This document shows, piece after piece, positions 18,132-27,124 of a stretch of 64,000 nucleotides of DNA. Position numbers and translations under genes: made by a program. This DNA comes from a virus. Each line of letters opens with the position of its first letter. The stretch's first letter is position 1. A model generated the notes under the pieces. The model was not told the DNA's origin, made no database searches, and worked only from the letters and a program-made list of their open reading frames with translations. The stretch covers positions 102,759 to 166,758 of the IMG/VR virus record IMGVR_UViG_3300042922_000850; one strand, written 5' to 3'.

Positions 18132-18788
18132 ATGTTTGATTTAGATTTTGTCAACAAAAGTTTGGGTTTATGCGACGAACCATACATGTCAAACGAAGAT
18201 TTTCACAATCGGACAGAAGAAATACTAGGTTCGCTATTCTTAAGATCAAATTGCGTTACAAAAAAGGATTACCGAAAACATTGTGATTACATTTTCAAAT
18301 CATATGAGATTAACTTTAAAGCTGTGGGTGGGCCGCCAGATATTGAAGATATTATTCTTAATATTGAAACTGACAATTGGGAAAAAATGTTGGAACTTGG
18401 TAAATTAGATTTATGTTACGGACAAGGGAAACAGGGGTATTTAAAATTTATCAGCTATCAGGATTTTGAAAAAGACTTTATGGCGGAACAAGCAATTGAG
18501 AAATTGGCCGAAATGTGGTATACCGATTATCATTTTGAGGATTCTGACGATATGTTCGAATATGTTATGAAAATCTTGAATGAGCACAATTTAGCATACA
18601 CTTATCCAGAATCTAAATTGATTGAGTATCGCAAGGGTAAAAGAGAGATTGTTTGCTTCAACGACTGTCAGAATTTATTACTCCCGGAATGGCAGCTCCA
18701 TATGATTATTTCGCGAGGTGGCAGCCATGAATATACAGCGGATGAAATCAAAGCCCTGTTGAGTGTATCTATTATATCAAAAGATTAA
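18132..18788 (+). CDS. Acidic paralogue array member 3
   Basis: PPDIEDIILNIETDN, KILNEHNLAY, DCQNLLLPEW; GGGGAG RBS before ATG 18132. Confidence 0.8.
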   Translation: MFDLDFVNKSLGLCDEPYMSNEDFHNRTEEILGSLFLRSNCVTKKDYRKHCDYIFKSYEINFKAVGGPPDIEDIILNIETDNWEKMLELGKLDLCYGQGKQGYLKFISYQDFEKDFMAEQAIEKLAEMWYTDYHFEDSDDMFEYVMKILNEHNLAYTYPESKLIEYRKGKREIVCFNDCQNLLLPEWQLHMIISRGGSHEYTADEIKALLSVSIISKD

Positions 18789-18800
18789 GGAGGGAATTGT

Positions 18801-19451
18801 TTGAGCAATGAGATTTCTGTAAAAAACGATTATTCCGAGCAATTTGAAAACTTAATGAGTAAGATAGTCTCCTCTTTTGTGGACAAAGAGGAGACTCGTT
18901 ATAAAGCCCAAGAAAAAATAATCACGGATGCTTATATGGAGGTCTTAAATTATGGAGGAGATAGTGCGCCCGACTTTTCAGAAATTGTCTTGAATATAGA
19001 AGAGCGGAATTCCGATATATTGGCAGAACTAGCTGCTATGGATATGGAATGCGGAATGATGTGTCCGGAGCACTCTCATCAAGAACTGACATCATATTTT
19101 ATGGGGCCGGCAGAAGACGAAGAAGATAATTTGTACTCAGCATATTTAAGTGCATGGTATGAAGAATACTCGGCAGAATTTCGTTATGAGCTACCATATT
19201 TTATAAGCACAGTTTTGGAAGAATTGGGCTTTTGTTATTTGATTAGTGACGAGGCTGATGGGCCTAAAGATTATCAATATGGCTTATCGAATAACTTTGC
19301 CATTTATGTTAATGATGCACAAAATTTATTACTACAAGATTGGCATCTTAAAATACTTGCTGGAGACCGATTAGGTAACTACAGTTATACACAGCAAGAT
19401 ATAGAAAATTTGCTTAACATCAGATTTGATTCAAAACCAGAAAGGGGGTAA
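18801..19451 (+). CDS. Acidic paralogue array member 4
   Basis: APDFSEIVLNIEERN, TVLEELGFCY, DAQNLLLQDW. Confidence 0.8.
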   Translation: MSNEISVKNDYSEQFENLMSKIVSSFVDKEETRYKAQEKIITDAYMEVLNYGGDSAPDFSEIVLNIEERNSDILAELAAMDMECGMMCPEHSHQELTSYFMGPAEDEEDNLYSAYLSAWYEEYSAEFRYELPYFISTVLEELGFCYLISDEADGPKDYQYGLSNNFAIYVNDAQNLLLQDWHLKILAGDRLGNYSYTQQDIENLLNIRFDSKPERG

Positions 19452-19456
19452 ATAAT

Positions 19457-20086
19457 TTGTATGCTGTTGAAGAATCTAAAGAAACGCAACTATGCAGTTT
19501 CTACGAGGGGCGATTAGATGAATTGCTCGATGACATGTTTCTCGGGGAAAGCTGGATCGAGACACCTGAAGATTGGGAGCGCAAGGAAGAGAAGTTGATG
19601 GAAATCTATCAGGAGGTATGGACCAATGAGCTTGTTACAAAAACAGCCGTGCCGGAATTATCAGATATTTTAGATGCTGTTTACGATCACAATATGGAAA
19701 TACAATCAGAAATTGTGGCTCTCGATCTTGAATACGGCCAATATGGTGAACGGTCATTTTATGTAGAAGACTTTTACGACGATAAAGAAGATGCCCAAGA
19801 AGCTGTAGAAGAGGCTTGGGAAAACGACCTCAATATAGAGACTAATTATATGTACAACACAGATAGTTTGGTATTAAAAATATTGCATAAATTAAAATGC
19901 TCTTTCTTGGCAAACGAACAGACATTGCACGAATTCTTTTGTGAAGACTGGCCAGAGGGGTGTGATGCAGTAGTTGGTGATTGCCAGAATTTATTGCTTC
20001 CAGAATGGCATTTAGCGTCAATGCAAGAATATGAACACTCTGTGACAGACGAAGAAAGAATATTGGTACAATTGGTATCGAGGTGA
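19457..20086 (+). CDS. Acidic paralogue array member 5
   Basis: VPELSDILDAVYDHN, KILHKLKCSF, DCQNLLLPEW; ~25% D+E by hand count. Confidence 0.8.
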   Translation: MYAVEESKETQLCSFYEGRLDELLDDMFLGESWIETPEDWERKEEKLMEIYQEVWTNELVTKTAVPELSDILDAVYDHNMEIQSEIVALDLEYGQYGERSFYVEDFYDDKEDAQEAVEEAWENDLNIETNYMYNTDSLVLKILHKLKCSFLANEQTLHEFFCEDWPEGCDAVVGDCQNLLLPEWHLASMQEYEHSVTDEERILVQLVSR

Positions 20087-20090
20087 CGAC

Positions 20091-20456
20091 ATGAGTTATT
20101 TTTTAATACCGGACTACGGGACTCTTAATATAGGCTGTCCGTCAGGAGAAGATATATTAATCTATATGTACCGGGCTTACATGGATTGTTGCAAGCCGCA
20201 TAAGGTATTTGGTTATCTCTCCGATACAGCGCCAAGTTTATTTGAGTTTTATGATAGTCTGACAGACCAAGTGCACTCATCAGATCGCAGAACATTTTTA
20301 TTCCGAGGGATTGCATTAAACCGGGGAGAGCTAAGCGATCCATATTTTGTGGAGATGCTTTTAAAAGACTTCCTGTTTCAATATACGAGAGATGATGGGA
20401 TTGAGGGATGCGATTGCCAAAATATAATACTACAGGAGATGGTTGAAGATGAGTAG
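20091..20456 (+). CDS. Paralogue array member 6 (short)
   Basis: APSLFEFYDSL, MLLKDFLFQY, DCQNIILQE. Confidence 0.75.
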   Translation: MSYFLIPDYGTLNIGCPSGEDILIYMYRAYMDCCKPHKVFGYLSDTAPSLFEFYDSLTDQVHSSDRRTFLFRGIALNRGELSDPYFVEMLLKDFLFQYTRDDGIEGCDCQNIILQEMVEDE

Positions 20457-20760
20457 AGAAAGCAAGATAATCGAGGAGAAGATACTCTCAGAATACTTCA
20501 AGATTATAAGTGAAGGATTTGTTCCTCAAACAAAAGCTTTAAGAGAAAAGGTAAAGTACCGTATGGATGTAGAATGTTTTGATCTTATATACGGTCAAAC
20601 ATTTGAAGACGAGATAACGGAAAACGCAATACACGATGTTCTGTCGCTTTATAAGCATGTGCATTATCATGACGGAAAGCGGTTTTTCGAATGTCAAAAC
20701 CCATTATTTTTCGAGTGGTTTTCTTATCAGAAAATTCTACTGCTAACACAAAATCCTTAA
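20449..20760 (+). CDS. Paralogue array member 7 (short)
   Basis: DVLSLYKHVHY, ECQNPLFFEW. Confidence 0.7.
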   Translation: MSRESKIIEEKILSEYFKIISEGFVPQTKALREKVKYRMDVECFDLIYGQTFEDEITENAIHDVLSLYKHVHYHDGKRFFECQNPLFFEWFSYQKILLLTQNP

Positions 20761-20787
20761 TTATAAATGAGAGAGGATATATAGACT

Positions 20788-21528
20788 ATGATTAATACAA
20801 AATATCAAGCAGTAGAATGTTTTACGTTTTTGCAAAAGATTTGCTCCAGAAATGGATGTGAGGAATGTGAGGAGAAGTCATGCGGAGTTTTGTTTGTCGG
20901 CCAACACGCTTACTCTGCTACTGCCAATATTGTTGGGAGAATAGGTGTTAATGATAATCTTCCGATGGACAATCCAATTTTCTGGAGCTACGGCAGGGAG
21001 GGAGAAATTAATCGCCCAAGCCAAGATAAGTTTCTACTAAACACGAAGGGATACATTAAAAATAATCCATCCATGGGAGCATTTTTAAGCAGCGGTTTTA
21101 TAGATCGCTTTGATCATTACTTGAACAAAGCTCCTGCGAATGATTTCCGTATTCGCAGGAAAGATCTATTGGATCACTTAGACAGTCAAGGCTTAAGTTC
21201 GGCAAAACAAAACAAAATGAAAATACAAATTGGCTCAGCATTAACGGACGTGACATTTAATGCTGAGCCAATTAAATGGACAAAGGCAATGGATAGTCCA
21301 TTTTCATTTGAGTTGCCTCGCTTTGTATACCCTGGTACATATCAAAAAAGCAATATCGATAAAAACGTGGTCTGTTCTATCAATTTGCTATCTTTCTATG
21401 AAATTATTGCAAATGGGTTTACAGAGTATGAAATTATCCGTATTAAATACGACAACGCTGGCCCTGTTGTTATCGAGGGAAAAGCAAGAAATAAAAGTGA
21501 GGTTTTCTTTGCTGTATCTCAAATATGA
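20788..21528 (+). CDS. Divergent sliding-clamp (beta domains II-III)-like protein (tentative)
   Basis: CGVLFVGQHAYSATANIVG, DRFDHYLNK...FRIRRKDLLDHL and SINLLSFYEII...IRIKYDNAGPVVIEG...FFAVSQI follow the beta-clamp pattern GVL...VATDG, YPDY..VI...VDR..LL.AL, FN..YL.D.L...P..I...IMP. Confidence 0.5.
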   Translation: MINTKYQAVECFTFLQKICSRNGCEECEEKSCGVLFVGQHAYSATANIVGRIGVNDNLPMDNPIFWSYGREGEINRPSQDKFLLNTKGYIKNNPSMGAFLSSGFIDRFDHYLNKAPANDFRIRRKDLLDHLDSQGLSSAKQNKMKIQIGSALTDVTFNAEPIKWTKAMDSPFSFELPRFVYPGTYQKSNIDKNVVCSINLLSFYEIIANGFTEYEIIRIKYDNAGPVVIEGKARNKSEVFFAVSQI

Positions 21529-21628
21529 TAACATAAAATTCTATCGTATAAGTAACAAAACAGGGAGAGTATAGGATAAAGTGGGCTAAAAAATAAAGTC
21601 ACTTCCTATATTTTTACTCTTTAAAAGT

Positions 21629-21653
21629 GCCATAACAAAGTGGTATAATAAAA
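21629..21653 (+). promoter_or_regulatory. Extended -10 promoter upstream of primase
   Basis: GCCATAAC-aaa-GTGGTATAATAAAA, preceded by imperfect hairpin ~21565-21620. Confidence 0.55.
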
Positions 21654-21683
21654 ATTACTGAAAGAATAGGGGGCCAAGGTCGC

Positions 21684-24600
21684 ATGAACAAAAAGGAATG
21701 GTATGAGCAAACAATAGAATTCATCACAAACGATCTTGAGGATTTTTACCAGCATTTTTATAAAAATGATGAGAAAGGTTTTAAACTCGTTTCTATTGGG
21801 AGCGGTTACAGACTAAACCCATGTCCGGTATGTGGGCACAACGATTGCGCAACTGTAGGAGAAGCCGTGAATTGTTTTTCTTGCCATTGGTCTGGTACCC
21901 ATATTAGTGCATGGTACGAGTATGCTACAGGAGTGTTGGGTATTCCGCTAAGGGATGCTATTGCGAAACTAGACATATTTACAGGTCTTAGATTTCCAAA
22001 CTCAGCCGGTAGCAATATTGAGGACTATGCGCAGGAAATAGCTAGACAGAACATCTTAAGAGTTGCTGAAAAACACTATCATGAACAGCTGATAAAATGT
22101 ACTCAAACATTTAATGTGGGAACCCGGTGGGTAACCCCGTTAGATTATCTCCTGAAAATAAGACAGAGAAAAATGACAACTATTGAAGATATGAAAATAG
22201 GCTTCATATCGAATTATTTTGATCTGCATAAACTACTTATTTCTATGGGGTATACCAAACAACAAATCAAAGATGCAAAAGCATGGGCTCCAGAAGGATT
22301 ATTTATCTATTACTACAAAGATCCTCTTACAAAAGATATCACGAGGATTAATACGAAAAACCCATTTCAAGCCAAGATACAGAAAAAAGATGATAGTGGC
22401 AGCACCATCGAGGGCGATGTTATTCAAGGATACTCAGTTGGTGATAAAGTGCCAATGTTTACCCCGCGGTTTTCTTTTAAGAAACCTTTTGTGGCGGTCG
22501 AAGGGGAAAATGACCTCGGTGCAATTTACGAAAACGGAGCTACTAATTCAAGTTGTATCGGTGGTAACCTTTCCGATGAACAATTTGAAGCTGCCTTCGA
22601 AAATGCTGAAAATATCATATATGTAATGTTCGACAATGATGAAAAGGGCAATGAATATGTTGATAGGATGAACAGGCTTCTTCCTGATAAAGATATAAGA
22701 AAGATTGAATATCCCTTGAATTTCAATGACCCAGATGATTATTACCGAAGCCCCGAGGCTAAGCATATAGACATCTTGATAAAGGACGCGAAGAGACTTG
22801 AAACGGAAGGATATAAAATATCTCATATTGGCAATGCATGGACAATTGCGAACCGCCACAGAAAAGTTGAATTTATTATCGATATGCACAGTTCCGACAA
22901 AGGTCAAATGGTCGGAACTGTGAATCTCTTTAGCGATGGAATATTAATTGATAGGGAAGTCGATAAGGACTTAACTAAATGCAAAGCTAATAAGAAGCCA
23001 TTCAATTTTTATCTACATGATAAGATTAATGAGCACTTTAATTCCGGATTAGGTGAAAAATCTGCTGATGAGCTAGCGGACATTTATTGGTGTTCTGCAA
23101 AGAAACAGGAAATTGTAAGGCGATTAGCTAAAATCTTATTTGATTCAAATAATGATGATAAGATTGTTAATATGCTGAAGATAAAACTAAAGACTTCGGA
23201 CGGAAGAGAGGATGTCATTGACGCTATTTTAAAAGAAGCTAATGATGTTCAGAATAAGCTTGTCGGGGCGTACGTCGGAAGCAATATTCCAAAAATCAAA
23301 GTATCACAATATTTTAATATTGGTAATAACGACGGTTATTTTTATTTCATGAACTACAAGCAAGATGGTGATTCTCTAAGAAGATTGCCTTTCTTATTGA
23401 GAAATGATAAAACTTTAATCCGTCTAGATTTACTAAAAAGAAAGGATCCACAATGTCTGCTTCTTGTGGATAATAAATATGAGCTGCCAGTTGAAATTAA
23501 TGAAGCTATTATGGATTCCGATGAGTGCTCCCTTACTCAGGCAAATGTATATAAGTACATAGACGGGCAAATACCATTAGAGGAGCTAGACCCCAAGAAT
23601 TTAGCAGATGTTTTAACTGAGTATTTTGAGAAGTTTTATTACTCCACGGATAGCTCGGTATATAAAATACTATCTTTGTACACCATTCTTACTTACTACT
23701 ATGAATTATTTGATAGTATCCCTTATCTTTATATTAATGGTCAGAAGGGATCAGGAAAGTCTGTAATCGGTTCTGGACTTCACCTGTTCTGCTTTAATGC
23801 AAAGATGGCAACGGATATTTCAGATGCATCATTATTTCGTATGACTAGTTTAGAGGGCGGTACTTTAATTCTTGATGAAATGGAGCAATTAACTTCAAGA
23901 AAGAAGGGTTCAGAAAGCACTATGGGTATTGTTTTAAAAGGTGGGTATAAACGGGCAAGTAATGTTTATCGCGCGGATGTGGAGACCACCTTAAAGACAA
24001 ATCGATATGATAGCTACGGTCCTAAAGTAATCATCAATATCTTCGGACTTGATGATGTTATTAAAGATAGGTGTATTCAAATCAATACATTCAGGTACAA
24101 ATTAACCAGAGAAACAAAGAGAGAAGACCCGAAAAGTTATTTAAATAGGCTGGGGGGTATCCGTGATTTAACCAGTAAGTTATGCTTATCTGCTTTGGAA
24201 CATTTTCAGGAGGTAAACAAAATTAAACAAAGTTGCTTCTTTGAAACCAACAATGACAAGGCTAGACTGTCCGAGATTCTAACCCCAATTCTCGTTATGG
24301 CAAAGTTTGTAGATGCCAAAGAGCGCAAAGCTATGACTGAGAAAGATCTTTCATTAACTAATGGAGACTGTATTGGGTCTTATGAAAAAGCGGTTCAAGA
24401 TTTCTACATAAATGTCATAAAGGGTGACAAGGAGGACACTGACCGCAATACGCCAGAGGGTATTATTACAGCGTGTATTCCTCAAATTGCAAAAGAACTT
24501 TATGGAATTATCCCAGATCCAGAGAAAGTCTATACCATTCCAACCTCTCATAAATACACAGAACCAATTAAATACAGTGTAGAAGAGGGGTGGTTTGATG

Positions 24601-24896
24601 TTAACGTAATTCATTTAAAGTGTTTTGTGGAAGAGCATCAGCCAGGAGAAACCGCTCATACCAAAATTGTAGTGAGATGGTTAAAGACGTGTTTTGATAT
24701 TCCTTACAAGGATATTAAGAGATCTATTGCAAATATTGAAAACGAAGACTTGATCAGAGAATTCAAGGGGAATGCAAAGCCAAAGATAAACACGTACCGA
24801 TTTTATTTCAGAGACTTTATCGATTCTATAGGCGAACAATTTTTAGATAAAACACCTAGATCAAAAGCACCTGAAAAGAAAGTTACATTATTCTAA
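21684..24896 (+). CDS. DnaG-type primase (Zn finger + TOPRIM) fused to C-terminal P-loop ATPase/helicase-like domain
   Basis: CPVCGHNDC...CFSCH, VEGEND, MFDND, NDPDDY; GQKGSGKS Walker A, LILDEME Walker B. Confidence 0.88.
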   Translation: MNKKEWYEQTIEFITNDLEDFYQHFYKNDEKGFKLVSIGSGYRLNPCPVCGHNDCATVGEAVNCFSCHWSGTHISAWYEYATGVLGIPLRDAIAKLDIFTGLRFPNSAGSNIEDYAQEIARQNILRVAEKHYHEQLIKCTQTFNVGTRWVTPLDYLLKIRQRKMTTIEDMKIGFISNYFDLHKLLISMGYTKQQIKDAKAWAPEGLFIYYYKDPLTKDITRINTKNPFQAKIQKKDDSGSTIEGDVIQGYSVGDKVPMFTPRFSFKKPFVAVEGENDLGAIYENGATNSSCIGGNLSDEQFEAAFENAENIIYVMFDNDEKGNEYVDRMNRLLPDKDIRKIEYPLNFNDPDDYYRSPEAKHIDILIKDAKRLETEGYKISHIGNAWTIANRHRKVEFIIDMHSSDKGQMVGTVNLFSDGILIDREVDKDLTKCKANKKPFNFYLHDKINEHFNSGLGEKSADELADIYWCSAKKQEIVRRLAKILFDSNNDDKIVNMLKIKLKTSDGREDVIDAILKEANDVQNKLVGAYVGSNIPKIKVSQYFNIGNNDGYFYFMNYKQDGDSLRRLPFLLRNDKTLIRLDLLKRKDPQCLLLVDNKYELPVEINEAIMDSDECSLTQANVYKYIDGQIPLEELDPKNLADVLTEYFEKFYYSTDSSVYKILSLYTILTYYYELFDSIPYLYINGQKGSGKSVIGSGLHLFCFNAKMATDISDASLFRMTSLEGGTLILDEMEQLTSRKKGSESTMGIVLKGGYKRASNVYRADVETTLKTNRYDSYGPKVIINIFGLDDVIKDRCIQINTFRYKLTRETKREDPKSYLNRLGGIRDLTSKLCLSALEHFQEVNKIKQSCFFETNNDKARLSEILTPILVMAKFVDAKERKAMTEKDLSLTNGDCIGSYEKAVQDFYINVIKGDKEDTDRNTPEGIITACIPQIAKELYGIIPDPEKVYTIPTSHKYTEPIKYSVEEGWFDVNVIHLKCFVEEHQPGETAHTKIVVRWLKTCFDIPYKDIKRSIANIENEDLIREFKGNAKPKINTYRFYFRDFIDSIGEQFLDKTPRSKAPEKKVTLF

Positions 24897-24899
24897 TTG

Positions 24900-24930
24900 T
24901 TAGCCGGATTTATTTGTCCGGCTAATTTTT
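24900..24930 (+). terminator. Intrinsic terminator after primase
   Basis: TTAGCCGGA-8 nt-TCCGGCTAA-TTTTT. Confidence 0.75.
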
Positions 24931-24952
24931 ATTTAAATCTAAGGAGGAAGAT

Positions 24953-25192
24953 ATGATGAATAGTAAGTTTCCAGATGAATACCGAAGAGATTTATTCGGG
25001 AAGTTCTCTATTTTCACTAATGAGGACGGGGAGCTTGAAATTGCAGACAATGAAAAGGAAATTGTGATGCAAAATAGAGAGACCGGCGTTTATCACAAAG
25101 TAAATTTAGAGATGTTTGTCGGATTAATTAAAAAGGTGTTTCCTTCAAAAGAGGAACAAAAGGAATTATTAATATCAATGTTTAGAGATTAA
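24953..25192 (+). CDS. Hypothetical protein
   Basis: AAGGAGG RBS. Confidence 0.7.
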   Translation: MMNSKFPDEYRRDLFGKFSIFTNEDGELEIADNEKEIVMQNRETGVYHKVNLEMFVGLIKKVFPSKEEQKELLISMFRD

Positions 25193-25267
25193 AAAATAAA
25201 GGGTACGAGGAATGTGGCGCGATATTAGCATTTAAACTAATAAAATTCACGTTTTAAAAAGAAAAGG

Positions 25268-25603
25268 ATGTTTATCATGAGAGAGAGAAGCACAGTTAAT
25301 TTAGGCAAAGCAGAAGGCCTCGAATTCGTTCAATATAATTCTATAGTTGGTAAGAATGATTCCTCAGTAGAATTAAATGGAAAGGTATATGATGGTTTTT
25401 ATGTCAGTAACAATAACTATGACCGAGCTATCTATGGTGACGTAACAACTGCCTTAGTACTTGGGCAAATGCAAAAGTTTTATATTTTGACTGGAAATCA
25501 TTGTGAACAATACAAGGAACTTATTAACCAAGGTTTTTCCAAGTGTTTTGAGTACTTTAAAGCGAATATTAATCAAGCGCATAAATTTAGTGATGAAATA
25601 TAA
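25268..25603 (+). CDS. Hypothetical phage protein
   Basis: ORF in block orientation; AAAGG RBS. Confidence 0.7.
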   Translation: MFIMRERSTVNLGKAEGLEFVQYNSIVGKNDSSVELNGKVYDGFYVSNNNYDRAIYGDVTTALVLGQMQKFYILTGNHCEQYKELINQGFSKCFEYFKANINQAHKFSDEI

Positions 25604-25669
25604 TTCGAATAAAGCTAATAAGTCCACATACCCAAAATAAACTATATCAATCAGGAGGATAACTCAGCT

Positions 25670-25894
25670 ATGGGGATAGTAAACATTTCAAAAGAAGCTT
25701 TAATTTTAGGGGGAGCCGCAACAGTAGGAATTTTCGGAGGACTTCTTGTTATAAACAGAAAGAAGCTGGCGGAAGAGAAGAAGGACCACGCCCACTGCGA
25801 ATGCGATGATACTGATGAAATTTGTTTTGACGATTTAAACGAAAATATCATTGATAGCAGTTTTGTCGATGACGATGATATTAACATCGGCTAG
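25670..25894 (+). CDS. Small single-TM protein with acidic tail
   Basis: ALILGGAATVGIFGGLLVI followed by NRKK; AGGAGG RBS. Confidence 0.7.
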   Translation: MGIVNISKEALILGGAATVGIFGGLLVINRKKLAEEKKDHAHCECDDTDEICFDDLNENIIDSSFVDDDDINIG

Positions 25895-25907
25895 TGGGAG
25901 GCTCGGC

Positions 25908-26219
25908 ATGACATTACAAGAGGCTTATGCATCATGTGATGCGGGAAACTTTGTTTCGCATCTTAATTTTAGTAGCAACGAGAGTATGCACAAATATGAT
26001 GGCGGTTTATATTACGAAGACGGTGCAAATCTGACCACGTCAGATTTTGATCTATCGCAAGAAGAATGGGCACAAGATAACTGGTATATTAAGTTTACAC
26101 AGGAAAAAGTAGATGCTGAAAAACTTCGTAAAATGCATGAGGATAGTAGAGGTTACATGCTTCAATGCGTTTCTTACGAAGATTGTATTATTAAAACTGG
26201 TGAGGAGGAACTAAAATGA
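25908..26219 (+). CDS. Hypothetical phage protein
   Basis: GGGAGG RBS before ATG 25908. Confidence 0.7.
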   Translation: MTLQEAYASCDAGNFVSHLNFSSNESMHKYDGGLYYEDGANLTTSDFDLSQEEWAQDNWYIKFTQEKVDAEKLRKMHEDSRGYMLQCVSYEDCIIKTGEEELK

Positions 26220-26560
26220 GCGAAACGTGCAGACATATGATTGGGCAGATTATGGAATTAAACAAAGAGATAATTTGTACAAGTGAATTGACGGGAGAGG
26301 CAGTAAAGACATACCCAAAAGGTACTAAGTTCACAGTGTCATCGAACGGGAGTTTCGTATTTCCGGATGGCAAGATAGTAGTCCCTTCAGAAAAGGTTGA
26401 AGTAAAAGGATATGATACAGAAGCTATAGCTCTTCGGATCATGAAATACTTAAAGCACGATACGCCTATTAACGAAATTATCGATGAAGACGATGATTAC
26501 TATAACGAAAAAACTTTTAAAGAAGCAATTGAAGAAGCTTTGATGGACATTCTTCTCTAG
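26216..26560 (+). CDS. Hypothetical phage protein
   Basis: ATGA overlap, GAGGAGG RBS. Confidence 0.7.
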   Translation: MSETCRHMIGQIMELNKEIICTSELTGEAVKTYPKGTKFTVSSNGSFVFPDGKIVVPSEKVEVKGYDTEAIALRIMKYLKHDTPINEIIDEDDDYYNEKTFKEAIEEALMDILL

Positions 26561-26608
26561 GCGGCGATAGTTGTCAAAAGCAAGATTTCAAAGGTATAGT
26601 TTAGTTAG

Positions 26609-26850
26609 CTGAATTAAAGATTTAGTGGAGGACTCTTATGAAATCACAAGTAGTAAATGGAACCATGTTTCATGTTAAAATCATATACAAAGATGGAGGT
26701 CACAAGTATGCCAATATCTTTTCTGAAAAAGACTATTATCTGGGTATAAGTCTTGGGACAATTGTCGGGTACAAAGAAATGAATTGTATTGAAAGATTTA
26801 TTTTTAGGAACTGTTTATAGAGTTGAACTGAATTAAAGATTTAGTGGAGG
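26609..26850 (+). repeat. 23-bp direct repeat flanking ORF 26638-26820
   Basis: CTGAATTAAAGATTTAGTGGAGG exact at 26609-26631 and 26828-26850, each ending in the RBS of the next gene. Confidence 0.85.
26638..26820 (+). CDS. Small hypothetical protein between direct repeats
   Basis: GGAGG RBS from repeat. Confidence 0.65.
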   Translation: MKSQVVNGTMFHVKIIYKDGGHKYANIFSEKDYYLGISLGTIVGYKEMNCIERFIFRNCL

Positions 26851-26857
26851 TAATAAT

Positions 26858-27124
26858 ATGGCAAAGTTTAGCGCAGAGTATAAAAACCGTGTACCCAAGT
26901 ACATATTAACATTCAGAGGTAAAGAGTTTGATTTTTCAATGAATCAAAAATTAGAATACGGCACAAGCTCAGATAAACCATGCTTCTCAAAACAACTATC
27001 AGATGCGTTTGAAGATTTAAACGAAGATGAGCTTGAAGAAACCGATATCGATCAACTTGATAGCATATTACATGACGAAGAAGAGTTGTTCGAAATACTA
27101 GAGCGGGTGGAAGAACTTGAGTAG
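26858..27124 (+). CDS. Hypothetical protein with very acidic C-terminus
   Basis: GGAGG RBS from repeat. Confidence 0.7.
   Translation: MAKFSAEYKNRVPKYILTFRGKEFDFSMNQKLEYGTSSDKPCFSKQLSDAFEDLNEDELEETDIDQLDSILHDEEELFEILERVEELE

Noticed and set aside
26570-26580. TGTCAAA as a Spo0A box
   Set aside because: Single mismatched 7-mer in AT-rich DNA, expected by chance.
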